DNA from: Actinomycetes bacterium
Lineage (GTDB): Bacteria > Actinomycetota > Actinomycetes > Actinomycetales > Cellulomonadaceae
Direction: 5' to 3'
DNA: 64,000 bases
Assembly (NCBI GenBank): GCA_021793675.1
Contig: JAJYSG010000004.1
Location: 2,536 to 66,535, forward strand
Part shown: piece by piece, positions 9,250 through 18,654 of the stretch
Layout of the letters: each line of letters starts with the position of its first letter
How positions within the stretch are numbered: position 1 is the stretch's first letter
Translations under genes and position numbers: made by a program
Notes under the pieces: generated by a model
What the model was told of the DNA's origin: nothing
Seen by the model: the letters and a program-made list of their open reading frames with translations, nothing else
Databases searched by the model: none

Positions 9250-9339
9250 CCCTTGGAGGGACCCGCCGTCGAAGGATGAACCCGGGCGTCGCCCATCACC
9301 CCGTCGCCGCGGCCGTTGCCGCTAGCGCACGGACTGCGG

Positions 9340-9374
9340 GGCCAGCATCGCGTCGGTCACGCCCTTGAAGGTCT
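9340..9374. repeat. 35-bp imperfect direct copy of ligB segment 9874-9908
   Basis: GGCCAGCATCGCGTCGGTCA(C/T)GCCCTTGAA(G/C)GTCT, 33/35 identical. Confidence 0.9.
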
Positions 9375-9409
9375 GACGCGCGACGCGATGACTGACGCGC
9401 GCGAGCGGC

Positions 9410-9646
9410 TCACGCGAACGGGACAGTTGTGTAGCCACGGTCCGGAAGTACCGCGACCTTCCTGCCGAGGAGTTGCGTGAGCACCTGCTCAAGCGAGCGG
9501 AGATCCCCCATGGCGTCGACCCGCTCTGTTGGAACGACGAAAAGTCGCTCATCCTCGGAGTCGACGCGCAGGGTCCGCAGATCCGCTGCGTAGCCGGCCA
9601 GCGAGAATGCGGCCCTGACCGCCGCAACCTGACCGATGCTGAACAT
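9410..9646 (-). CDS. 78-aa hypothetical protein, C-terminus resembles minimal nucleotidyltransferase (MNT) fold
   Basis: LEQVLTQLLGRKVAVL resembles MNT LEELLGRKVDLV; TAGCCT-6nt-ATG leaderless promoter geometry. Confidence 0.5.
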   Translation of the reverse strand: MFSIGQVAAVRAAFSLAGYAADLRTLRVDSEDERLFVVPTERVDAMGDLRSLEQVLTQLLGRKVAVLPDRGYTTVPFA

Positions 9647-9655
9647 GCACAGAGG

Positions 9656-11019
9656 CTAGAGGAGCCCGCTGACGGTCTCGATCGTGTCGCCTCATCTGCG
9701 GACTTGTCGTCGCGGTAGCGGAGCACCCGCGCGAACCTCAGCGCCACGCCGCCGGGGTAGCGCGACGAGCGCTGCACCCCGTCGAACGCGATCTCGACCA
9801 CCTGCACCGGCCGGACGGTCACGACCCAGCCGTTGTCCTCGACGGCGAGCTCGGTGAACCGCTCGGTCTGCCAGGCCAGCATCGCGTCGGTCATGCCCTT
9901 GAACGTCTTGCCGAGCATGACGAACCCGCCGGCCAGGTCCCGGGCGCCGAGGTGGATGTTCGAGAGCTGCCCGGCGCGCCGGCCGGAGCCGCGTTCCACG
10001 GTGAGCACGACGAGGTCCAGCGTGTGCCGCGGCTTCACCTTGACCCACCCGGCACCGCGCCGCCCGGCGGCGTAGCCCGCGGTGGGCGACTTGACGACGA
10101 CCCCCTCCTGGCAGGCTCCCACCCATGCCGCGAACCGTTCTTGCGCCGCCGTCACGTCCGCCGTCACGATCCGATCCACCGTGTGACCGGCCGCCAGGCG
10201 GTCCAGCACGGCGAGCCGGTCGACGGGGGGCTCGTCGAGCAGGTCGCGATCCTCCGCGTGGAGCGCGTCGAAGAAGAAGGGCGTCAGCCCGGTCGACGCG
10301 GCGAGCTCCGCGTCGCGCGTCGCAGCCCGCGCGTTCGTCTCCCGGAACGGACGCGGCCGCCCCGCGGCGTCGACCGCGAGCGCCTCACCGTCGAGCACGA
10401 ACCGCTGACCGGGCATCGCACGGGCGATCGCCACGATCTCCGGCACGCGCCCGGTGATGTCGTCGAACGAACGGGTGAACACCCGCACGTCGTCTCCGTC
10501 GCGGTGCACCTGGATGCGGATGCCGTCGAGCTTGACGTCGACCACCGCGGGTCGCTCCGAGGCTGCGTCGACGGTGGCGAACGCCGCCGCCACGCTCGGA
10601 GCCGACGCGGCGAGCACGGGCCGCACCGGCCGCCCGACGGTCAGGCCGATCGCCGACAGCGCGGTCGTGGGATCGTCGGCCGTGAGCGCCGCCGCGAAGA
10701 GCGCCCCTGCGGCCGCCTCCCGCAGGGCCGCCGTGCCGGGACCCGACAGCCCGGCCAACGCCTCGAACGTTGCATCGACCGAGGTCACCGAGAGCGACGG
10801 CTCGTCGGCCGGCGGCGGCAGGTCCGCCAGTGCACGCGACCCCAGCCCGGTGCGCCGCTGCCGCAGCTCACCACCCAGGTACCGCGCCACGAGGCCGACC
10901 TCGTCCGGCCCGCCACCAGCCGCCCGGCGCAACGTCGCGACAAGCAGCGCTCGCTTGACCAGCCGCGCGCGCGTGACGGCGACGGCACCGGACGTCGCGG
11001 CGACCTCGGCGAGCAGCAT
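9656..11019 (-). pseudogene. ligB: ATP-dependent DNA ligase (LigB type), probably degenerate
   Basis: KLDGIR, LDGE, EGVVVK, WVKVKP, LRFAR motifs; apparent internal deletion in N-terminal DNA-binding domain; 1-nt frameshift near 9690 (restoring gives EADTIETVSGLL* ending at 9656). Confidence 0.75.
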
Positions 11020-11089
11020 CAGCCCATGGTGGCCCCGGCCACCGACACCCGCCCGGGCGGCCGGCTCCCTGCCGACCGCCCGTCAGGGG

Positions 11090-11752
11090 CTACGCCGGCA
11101 CGGGGCAGGCCACGCCCGTCGAGTTGACGGGGCAGTACCCGTGCGGGTTCTTGTCGAGGTACTGCTGGTGGTACCCCTCGGCGTAGAAGAACGGACCGGC
11201 GTCGGCGACCGGCCGAATCTCGGTGGTGATCGCGCCCAGCCCCGCGGCGGCCAGCCGCGGCGCGTAGGCCTCCCGCGTCGCGCGTGCGGCGTCCAGCTGC
11301 TCGTCGGTCGTCGTGAACACGGCCGACCGGTACTGCGTCCCGACGTCGTTGCCCTGGCGGTAGCCCTGCGTCGGGTCGTGCTCCTCCCAGAAGTGCCGCA
11401 GCAGGTCGGTGTCCGACAGCACCGTCGGGTCGTACGCCACCAGCACCGTCTCGGCATGCCCGGTGCGGCCGGTGCACACCTCCTCGTACGTCGGGTACGG
11501 CGTGAAGCCGCCCAGGTACCCCGCGGCGGTGGTCACCACGCCGGGCAGCTGCCACGCCGCCTTCTCGGCGCCCCAGAAGCACCCGGACGCCAGGTAGATC
11601 ACGGACGTCCCCGCAGGCCAGGGCCCCGCCAGGGGTGTGCCCAGCACGGTGTGGGTGGTGGGCACCTCGAACGCGTACGACACGCGGCCGGCGAGCGCGT
11701 CCTCGCGCGTCACCATCGTGGACTTCACGCCGGAACCGAACAGGAACCCCAT
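11090..11752 (-). CDS. msrA: Peptide-methionine (S)-S-oxide reductase
   Basis: GCFWG active site, [35 protein letters not shown]. Confidence 0.97.
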   Translation of the reverse strand: MGFLFGSGVKSTMVTREDALAGRVSYAFEVPTTHTVLGTPLAGPWPAGTSVIYLASGCFWGAEKAAWQLPGVVTTAAGYLGGFTPYPTYEEVCTGRTGHAETVLVAYDPTVLSDTDLLRHFWEEHDPTQGYRQGNDVGTQYRSAVFTTTDEQLDAARATREAYAPRLAAAGLGAITTEIRPVADAGPFFYAEGYHQQYLDKNPHGYCPVNSTGVACPVPA

Positions 11753-11839
11753 GGTCTCCTCCTTCTCCGTGGACACTCAACCGCGCCGGCCGGACGCGTG
11801 TTCCGGCGCCCTTGCACCGAGCCCGTAGGCTCGTCGGAC

Positions 11840-13045
11840 GTGACCGACGACGAAACGCTCGGCTTCGCCACGCGTGCCATCCACGCGGGCCAGGAGCCCG
11901 ATCCCGGGACCGGCGCGGTGGTGCCGCCCATCTACCAGGTGTCCACGTACCAGCAGGACGGTGTGGGCGGCCTGCGCGGCGGCTGGGAGTACTCCCGCTC
12001 CGGGAACCCCACCCGCGCCGCGCTCGAGGCGGCGCTCGCGGCGGTGGAGGGCGGTGCGGCCGGGTTCGCGTTCGCCTCGGGCCTGGCCGCCGAGGACGCC
12101 GTGCTGCGCGCCGCGCTGCGCCCCGGCGACCACATGGTCATCGGCAACGACGTGTACGGCGGCACGTACCGCCTGGTCGCGCGTGTGCTGGGCCCCTGGG
12201 GTGTCGAGCACACGCCCGTGGACCTCACGGCCGCGGACCGCCTCCTGGACGCGATCCGCCCCGGCCGGACGAAGGTCGTCTGGGTCGAGACGCCGTCCAA
12301 CCCGCTGCTGTCCATCGCCGACATCACCGCGATCGCGGGCCACGCGCGCGCGGCGGGCGCGCTGCTCGTCGTCGACAACACGTTCGCCAGCCCGGCGCTG
12401 CAGAACCCGCTCGCGCTGGGTGCGGACGTCGTCGTCCACTCGACGACGAAGTACGTGGGTGGGCACAGCGACCTCGTCGGGGGCGCCGCGGTGGTCGCCG
12501 ACGGCGCGCAGCTGCCCGCCGGCCTCGAGGGCCCGACCGGCACGACGAGCGTGCGCGACGCGATCCGGTTCCTGCAGAACGCCTCCGGCGCGATCGCGGG
12601 ACCGTTCGACGCCTGGCTCGCGCTGCGCGGCCTGAAGACCCTCGACGTGCGGATGCAGCGGCACTGCGCCAACGCGCAGCGGGTCGCCGAGTTCCTCGCC
12701 GCCCATCCGGCGGTCACGCACGTGAGCTACCCGGGGCTGGCGACGCACCCCGGCCACGAGCTCGCCGCGCGGCAGATGCGCGGCTTCGGCGGCATGATCT
12801 CGTTCCGCACCGGCGACGCCCAGGTGGCGGGCGCGGTGTGCGGCGCCACCCGGATCTTCACGCTCGCCGAGTCGCTCGGCGGCGTCGAGTCGCTCGTCGA
12901 GCACCCCGCCCGGATGACGCACGGCTCGGTGGCCGGCACGGCGCTCGAGGTGCCCGACGACCTGGTCCGCCTCTCGGTGGGCCTCGAGGACGTCGACGAC
13001 CTGGTGGCGGACCTCGACCAGGCGCTCGCGGTGGCGACGCGGTGA
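11840..13045 (+). CDS. metB: Cystathionine gamma-synthase/lyase
   Basis: YSRSGNPT, ETPSNP, DNTF, HSTTKYVGGHSD, LAESLGGVESL. Confidence 0.93.
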   Translation: MTDDETLGFATRAIHAGQEPDPGTGAVVPPIYQVSTYQQDGVGGLRGGWEYSRSGNPTRAALEAALAAVEGGAAGFAFASGLAAEDAVLRAALRPGDHMVIGNDVYGGTYRLVARVLGPWGVEHTPVDLTAADRLLDAIRPGRTKVVWVETPSNPLLSIADITAIAGHARAAGALLVVDNTFASPALQNPLALGADVVVHSTTKYVGGHSDLVGGAAVVADGAQLPAGLEGPTGTTSVRDAIRFLQNASGAIAGPFDAWLALRGLKTLDVRMQRHCANAQRVAEFLAAHPAVTHVSYPGLATHPGHELAARQMRGFGGMISFRTGDAQVAGAVCGATRIFTLAESLGGVESLVEHPARMTHGSVAGTALEVPDDLVRLSVGLEDVDDLVADLDQALAVATR

Positions 13046-14244
13046 TCGGTCCCGCGGACGTCAGGGCCGCCGCCGCCCTGCTCGACGGCGTCATCACGCG
13101 CACGCCCGTGCAGCGCAGCCGGGTGCTGTCGGAGCTCGTCGGCACCGACGTCTGGCTCAAGTGCGAGAACCTGCAGCGCACCGGGTCGTTCAAGATCCGG
13201 GGTGCCTACGCGCGCCTGGCACGGCTGTCCGACGAGGAGAAGGCGCACGGCGTCGTCGCGGCCAGCGCCGGCAACCACGCGCAGGGGGTCGCCCTGGCGG
13301 CGCAGATGCTCGGCATCGCGTCGGTCGTCTTCATGCCCGAGGACGCCGCGCTGCCCAAGATCTCCGCCACCAAGGCCTACGGCGCCCGGGTGGTCCTCGG
13401 CGGCTCCTCGGTGGACGACGCGCTGGTCGTCGCCCAGGCCTACGCGGACGAGACGGGCGCGGTGCTGGTGCACCCGTTCGACCACGTGGACGTCGTCGCC
13501 GGGCAGGGATCCACCGGCCTGGAGATCCTCCAGCAGGTGCCGGACGTCGGCACGGTCCTGGTGCCGGTGGGCGGCGGCGGGCTGGCCGCCGGCATCGTCG
13601 CAGCGCTGGACGACCGGCCCGACGTGCACGTGGTGGGGGTGCAGGCGTCGCACGCGGCCGCCTACCCGGAGTCGCTGCTGGCGGGCCACCCGGTGAAGGC
13701 GCCCGAGCTGCGGACCATGGCCGACGGCATCGCGGTGGGGCTGCCGGGCGAGGTGCCGTTCGAGATCATCGCCACGCACCGGATGCCGGTGCGCACCGTC
13801 TCGGAGGAGGACCTCTCGCGCGCGGTGCTGCTCGTGGCCGAGCGGGCCAAGCTCGTCGTCGAGGCGTCCGGCGCCGCGGGGGTCGCCGCGCTCATGGCCG
13901 CGCCGCACGAGTTCGCCGGCCGTGGACCGGTGGTGGCGGTGCTGTCCGGCGGGAACATCGACCCGCTCGTCCTGATGCGCCTCATCCGGCACGGGTTGGC
14001 GTCCGCCGGCCGGTTCCTCCAGCTGCGGATCACCATCCAGGACGCTCCCGGCGCGCTCGCCGGCGTGCTGCGCGACATCGCGGCTCTCGGCGCGAACGTC
14101 CTCGACGTGGTGCACCTGCGCACCTCCAAGGACCTCGCCTTCGACGAGGTGGCGGTCCAGGTGGAGGTCGAGACCAAGGGTCCGGAGCACTGCGTCGAGG
14201 TGGTGCGCGCGCTGCGCGAGAAGGGCTACCGGCTGACGGACTGA
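13042..14244 (+). CDS. ilvA: Threonine ammonia-lyase with C-terminal ACT domain
   Basis: KCENLQRTGSFKIRGA, ASAGNHAQG, LSGGNID; GTGA overlap with metB. Confidence 0.93.
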   Translation: MIGPADVRAAAALLDGVITRTPVQRSRVLSELVGTDVWLKCENLQRTGSFKIRGAYARLARLSDEEKAHGVVAASAGNHAQGVALAAQMLGIASVVFMPEDAALPKISATKAYGARVVLGGSSVDDALVVAQAYADETGAVLVHPFDHVDVVAGQGSTGLEILQQVPDVGTVLVPVGGGGLAAGIVAALDDRPDVHVVGVQASHAAAYPESLLAGHPVKAPELRTMADGIAVGLPGEVPFEIIATHRMPVRTVSEEDLSRAVLLVAERAKLVVEASGAAGVAALMAAPHEFAGRGPVVAVLSGGNIDPLVLMRLIRHGLASAGRFLQLRITIQDAPGALAGVLRDIAALGANVLDVVHLRTSKDLAFDEVAVQVEVETKGPEHCVEVVRALREKGYRLTD

Positions 14245-14341
14245 CCGCGGGCCCGCCGCTCCGGGACGCCCGGGCGAGCCCACGGCGGGCCGTGGAGCCA
14301 TGGTGCGGCGCGCGGGGTGCTGCCCGCCGGAGGGGAGAGCG

Positions 14342-15175
14342 ATGCGGTACACCGAGGTCGACGTCTTCACCGACACGCTGACGGCCGGCAACCCGGTCGC
14401 CGTGGTGCACGACGCCGACGGCCTGGACGACGAGACGATGGCGGCGTTCGCGCGCTGGACCAACCTCTCGGAGACGACGTTCCTGCTCCGGCCGGGTGAC
14501 CCGAGCGCCGACTACCGGCTGCGGATCTTCACACCGGGCGGCGAGCTGCCGTTCGCCGGCCACCCCACGCTCGGCTCGGCCCGCGCCTGGGTGGCGGCCG
14601 GTGGCGTGCCGCGCACGCCCGGCGTCGTGGTCCAGGAGTGCGGGGTCGGGCTGGTCCCGGTGCGGGTGCGCGACGAGGCGGTGGCGTTCGCGGCACCGCC
14701 GCTGCGCCGTTCCGGGCCCGCCGACGACACCGTGCGCGACCTCGTCGTGCGCAGCCTTCGCGTGGACCCGGGCGCCGTGCGCGCCGTGGAGTGGGTGGAC
14801 AACGGGCCGGGGTGGGTCGCCGTGCTGCTGGGCTCGGCCGACGAGGTGCTCGCGCTGCACCCCGACCACGCCGCCATGGGCGAGCAGGGCATCGGCGTCG
14901 TCGGGCCGCACGCGCCCGGCGGGCCGGCGGACGTCGAGGTCCGCGCGTTCGTCCCGGGCATCGGCGTGCCGGAGGACCCGGTGACGGGGTCGCTCGCCGG
15001 CGGCCTGGGCCAGTGGCTGCCGTCGACCGGCGTGGTCGGCGACGACTTCGTCATCCGCCAGGGCACCGCGCTGGGACGGCGGGGGACGGTGCGGGTGACC
15101 CGTGAGCACGGCGTCGTGTGGGTCGGCGGTGACACGGTGCTCGCGGTCACCGGCACGGTGGCGCTCGGCTCGTAG
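14342..15175 (+). CDS. PhzF family isomerase
   Basis: VDVF...GNPVAVV, NLSETTF, ELPFAGHPTLG, EDPVTGS. Confidence 0.95.
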   Translation: MRYTEVDVFTDTLTAGNPVAVVHDADGLDDETMAAFARWTNLSETTFLLRPGDPSADYRLRIFTPGGELPFAGHPTLGSARAWVAAGGVPRTPGVVVQECGVGLVPVRVRDEAVAFAAPPLRRSGPADDTVRDLVVRSLRVDPGAVRAVEWVDNGPGWVAVLLGSADEVLALHPDHAAMGEQGIGVVGPHAPGGPADVEVRAFVPGIGVPEDPVTGSLAGGLGQWLPSTGVVGDDFVIRQGTALGRRGTVRVTREHGVVWVGGDTVLAVTGTVALGS

Positions 15176-15326
15176 CCGTTTCCGCCGGGGGCCGGGAGGG
15201 TGGTTGGTAGACTGGCCGTTTGCGCCGTCGGACGACGGCCCCTCGTGGGCACCGGCGGCGCGGTCTCGCGGGACGCGTGATGACTGTGTGCGCCCTGCGG
15301 GCACGAGCCGAGGAAGGGATGGGGAC

Positions 15327-15812
15327 GTGACCGAATCGATTCAGGCCACGTGGCTGACGCAGGAGGCCTACGACCGCCTCCAGGCAGAGCTCGCCCACCT
15401 CGAGGGCGACGGGCGCCGGCACATCGTCGAGCGCATCGCCGCCGCGCGAGCCGAGGGCGATCTCTCCGAGAACGGCGGCTACCACGCCGCGCGGGACGAG
15501 CAGGCGAAGAACGAGGCGCGCATCCGCGAGCTCAAGGAGAAGCTGCGCAACGTCCACATCGGCACGCCGAAGGACGACGGCGTCGTCGAGCCCGGCATGA
15601 CGGTGACCGTGCTGCTGGCAGGCGACGAGATGACGTTCCTGCTGGGTGCGCGCGAGATCGCTGCCGGCACCGACATCGAGGTGTACTCGCCGACCTCGCC
15701 GCTGGGCGCCGCGATCAACGGCCACTCCGTCGGTGAGACGGTGGTGTACACCGCGCCCAACGGGCGCGAGTTCACGGTGGAGATCACCGCGGCGAAGCCG
15801 TTCGTCGGCTGA
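15327..15812 (+). CDS. greA: Transcription elongation factor GreA
   Basis: GDLSENGGYHAA, SPTSPLGAA, APNG. Confidence 0.97.
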   Translation: MTESIQATWLTQEAYDRLQAELAHLEGDGRRHIVERIAAARAEGDLSENGGYHAARDEQAKNEARIRELKEKLRNVHIGTPKDDGVVEPGMTVTVLLAGDEMTFLLGAREIAAGTDIEVYSPTSPLGAAINGHSVGETVVYTAPNGREFTVEITAAKPFVG

Positions 15813-15822
15813 TCCGAGGCGC

Positions 15823-15847
15823 CGGCGCCGGTGCGCGACCGGCGCCG
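15823..15847. terminator. 10-bp-stem hairpin between convergent greA and DUF4307 gene
   Basis: CGGCGCCGGT-GCGCG-ACCGGCGCCG. Confidence 0.5.
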
Positions 15848-15929
15848 CGGCGTCCCGGGCGCCGTGCCGGTCGGCCGCCGGGCAGGTGGCCCGAGCGTCG
15901 GTCGACGTGGCAGGTGGCCACCGCGCGTG

Positions 15930-16319
15930 TCAGTCGATGTGGCAGGTGGCCACGGTGCCCGTGACGGCGAGCTCCGAGGTCGGCAGGGTCACCGTGAGGC
16001 GCTGCGTGCTCGTCGTGCCCGGCCCGACCGGGACGTCGGCGACGCCCACCTCCGCGAACGACTGCGACAGGGCCTGGACCCGGCACGTGGCGCTCGCGCC
16101 GGGCGACTTGGTGACGTCGAACGTCACGTCGACGGAGGTCGGCCCGTTGACGTGGTAGCCGACGTCGCTCCACTGCACGGGGTCCCGCAGCATGTGGAGG
16201 CCGACCCAGGCGAGCAGCGCCAGCGCGGCGAGGCCGAGCAGGGCCAGGGCGGCGCGCCGGCCGGCGACGGTGCGGCTGGTCGGCGTCGGTCCGTAGCGGC
16301 CGGTGGGCGGCGTGGTCAC
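15930..16319 (-). CDS. DUF4307 domain membrane protein
   Basis: RYG motif, single TM, CRVQAL...AEVG, terminal Cys; usual position between greA and mca. Confidence 0.85.
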   Translation of the reverse strand: MTTPPTGRYGPTPTSRTVAGRRAALALLGLAALALLAWVGLHMLRDPVQWSDVGYHVNGPTSVDVTFDVTKSPGASATCRVQALSQSFAEVGVADVPVGPGTTSTQRLTVTLPTSELAVTGTVATCHID

Positions 16320-16424
16320 TGCGTGCTCACTGTCCTCGTTGCCTCGTTGAAGCGTCGGTGCACGATGATTGTTCCTCGTCGGGCCCGCGCCCGACGAACC
16401 GACGACGAGCCACGGGAGCACCGC

Positions 16425-17309
16425 GTGACCGACGACACCCTGCGGCTGATGGCCGTGCACGCCCATCCGGACGACGAGTCGAGCAAGGGCGCGGCCACGG
16501 CGGCCCGGTACGCGGCCGAGGGCGTGGAGGTGCTCGTCGTGACCTGCACCGGCGGCGAGCGGGGCGACGTGCTCAACCCGCACTACGGCCCGCCACCGGC
16601 CGGGGGCATCGTCGGGATGCGTGAGGTCCGCCGGGCGGAGATGGCTGCCGCGGCGGCGGCCCTCGGCGTGCGGCAGCACTGGCTGGGCTTCGTCGACTCG
16701 GGGCTGCCGGAGGGCGACCCGCTGCCGCCGCTGCCGGCGGGCTGCTTCGCGCTGACGCCGCTCGTCGAGGCCGCCGCGCCGCTCGTCGCGCTGGTGCGCG
16801 AGTTCCGGCCGCACGTGATGACCACGTACGACCCGTCCGGCGGCTATCCCCACCCGGACCACGTCATGTGCCACATCGTGTCGATGGAGGCGTGGTCGGC
16901 TGCCGGGGAGCCCGGCCGGTACCAGGGCACCGGTGCGCCGTGGCAGCCGCTCAAGCTGTACTACGACCACGGCTTCTCCCTGGCGCGCATGCGCGCGGTG
17001 CACGACGCGATCCTCGCGGCCGGTGGCGCGTCGCCGTTCAGCGACTGGATCGACTCACGCGAGTCGCGGGAGGTGCCGGAACGGCCGGTGACGACGCGGG
17101 TGCGGTGCGACGACTACTTCGACCGGCGGGACGCCGCGCTGCGCGCGCACGCCACCCAGATCGACCCGGCGGGCTGGTTCTTCGCCGTGCCCCGTGAGCT
17201 CGAGCGGCAGGTGTGGCCCTGGGAGGAGTTCGAGCTCGCGGCGTCCCGCGTGCCGACGACGACCCCGGAGGACGACCTGTTCGCGGGGATCCGGGGGCTG
17301 CAGGCGTGA
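16425..17309 (+). CDS. mca: Mycothiol conjugate amidase
   Basis: VHAHPDDESSKG, TCTGGERG, YPHPDH, AHATQIDP, EDDLFAG. Confidence 0.95.
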   Translation: MTDDTLRLMAVHAHPDDESSKGAATAARYAAEGVEVLVVTCTGGERGDVLNPHYGPPPAGGIVGMREVRRAEMAAAAAALGVRQHWLGFVDSGLPEGDPLPPLPAGCFALTPLVEAAAPLVALVREFRPHVMTTYDPSGGYPHPDHVMCHIVSMEAWSAAGEPGRYQGTGAPWQPLKLYYDHGFSLARMRAVHDAILAAGGASPFSDWIDSRESREVPERPVTTRVRCDDYFDRRDAALRAHATQIDPAGWFFAVPRELERQVWPWEEFELAASRVPTTTPEDDLFAGIRGLQA

Positions 17310-17791
17310 CCGGCCTCCTCCTCGCGGCGACGCCCAGCCCGTCGCCGTCGCCCCTGCCGCAGCTCAGCCCCACCCTCGGCTCGCCGGGGTTCATCGGATT
17401 CGTCTTCACGTTCGTCCTGGCGCTGGCCGTCATCGGCCTCGTGCTGTCGATGTCCCGCCACCTCCGCAAGGTCACCCGCAACGCCCGCCTCACCACCCCC
17501 ACCCCACCCCCCACCCCCACCTCCCGAACCGCAACGTCCGAGCCTTCGGCAGCCGGGAGTGACGTTCCCTCGGACGTCCGCGCCTCTTGGGAGGTTGCGT
17601 CCGAGCCTTTGGCTGTGGGGAGTGACATTCCCTCGGACGCTGCGAGAGGGGGGCGCGCGGGAGGGGGAGGGGAGGCGGGCGATGGGGGGCGTCGGGAGGA
17701 TGAGCGTGACGAGCGTGCGGGCGACGAGCCTGCGGTGGACGAGCGTGCGGGCGACGAGCCTGCGGGCGACGAGGCGCGGGGGCGGCGGTGA
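17306..17791 (+). CDS. Small membrane protein with repeat-expanded C-terminus
   Basis: SPGFIGF-TM-SMSRHLRKV pattern typical of the gene downstream of mca; GTGA overlap. Confidence 0.75.
   Translation: MTGLLLAATPSPSPSPLPQLSPTLGSPGFIGFVFTFVLALAVIGLVLSMSRHLRKVTRNARLTTPTPPPTPTSRTATSEPSAAGSDVPSDVRASWEVASEPLAVGSDIPSDAARGGRAGGGGEAGDGGRREDERDERAGDEPAVDERAGDEPAGDEARGRR
17530..17644. repeat. REP/MITE-like element: two 44-bp palindromic units, 63-bp period, inside a CDS
   Basis: ACGTCCGAG...CTCGGACGT (17534-17577) and GCGTCCGAG...CTCGGACGC (17597-17640); outer IR CGCAACGTCCGAG/CTCGGACGCTGCG. Confidence 0.8.
17708..17778. repeat. 15-bp tandem repeats encoding DE(R/P)A(G/V)
   Basis: GACGAGCGTGCGGGC / GACGAGCCTGCGGTG units. 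Confidence 0.8.
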
Positions 17792-18654
17792 GCGCGGGGC
17801 CACCGGTGCGGCCGGCCGTGCGGGTGGCGATCGCGCAGCTGGCGGTCGGGACCGACCGCCGGGCGAACCGCGCCGCCGCGGTAGCGGCGGTCGACGCGGC
17901 CGCGGCAGGTGCGGCGGACCTCGTCGTACTGCCGGAGTACGCCTCGGGGTATGACCCGCACGGCGTTGGTGTCCACCTCGCCGAGCCGATGGACGGCCCG
18001 TTCGTCACGGCGCTGCGCGAGCGCGCCGCGGCGACCGGTGTCGCGGTGGTCGCGGGGACGTCGCTGCCGTCCCGCGACCCGCGCCGTGCCGTCAACGCGG
18101 TGCTCGGGATCGACGCCGCCGGCGACATCGCCGGCGTCTACCGCAAGGTGCACCTCTACGACGCCTTCGGCGCGCGCGAGTCGGACGTGCTGGAGCCCGG
18201 GGCCCCCGACGCGCCGCCCCTGACCATGGTGGTGGCGGGCCTGACCTTCGGCGTCCTGACGTGCTACGACCTGCGGTTCCCCGAGTCGGCCCGCCGGGTG
18301 GTGGACGCCGGCGCCGAGGTGCTCGTCGTGCCCGCTGCCTGGGTGGACGGTCCCCTCAAGGCGATGCAGTGGCGCGCGCTGGCGGTGGCGCGTGCCATCG
18401 AGGACACCGCTGCGGTCGTGGCGGTCGGGATGGCGAGACAGGGTCTCACCGGCCGGTCGCTCGTCGTCGGGCCGGACGGCGTCGTGGTCCTGGAGCTGGA
18501 CGAGACGCCCGTCCTGGCTCACGCCGACCTCGACCCGAGCCAGATCGCGGCGGTGCGGGCGGCCAACCCGGCGCTCGCTGCCAGGCGGTACCGGGTGGTC
18601 GCGGTGCCGACCGACGAGACCAGCGGCGCGTTGTCACCGTCCACCGGGCGGTAG
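17788..18654 (+). CDS. Carbon-nitrogen hydrolase (nitrilase superfamily amidase)
   Basis: LPEY, YRKVHLYDAFG, TCYDLRFPE (E-K-C triad), ARAIE. Confidence 0.93.
   Translation: MSAGPPVRPAVRVAIAQLAVGTDRRANRAAAVAAVDAAAAGAADLVVLPEYASGYDPHGVGVHLAEPMDGPFVTALRERAAATGVAVVAGTSLPSRDPRRAVNAVLGIDAAGDIAGVYRKVHLYDAFGARESDVLEPGAPDAPPLTMVVAGLTFGVLTCYDLRFPESARRVVDAGAEVLVVPAAWVDGPLKAMQWRALAVARAIEDTAAVVAVGMARQGLTGRSLVVGPDGVVVLELDETPVLAHADLDPSQIAAVRAANPALAARRYRVVAVPTDETSGALSPSTGR

Noticed and set aside
9322-9655. Novel C-terminal extension of the DNA ligase in the ORF track
   Set aside because: Explained by a frameshift near 9690 reading through the small ORF and the 35-bp repeat.
17534-17640. Possible mini-CRISPR array (palindromic repeats at regular spacing)
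   Set aside because: Only two imperfect 44-bp units with a 19-bp linker, inside a CDS, and no cas genes in the window.
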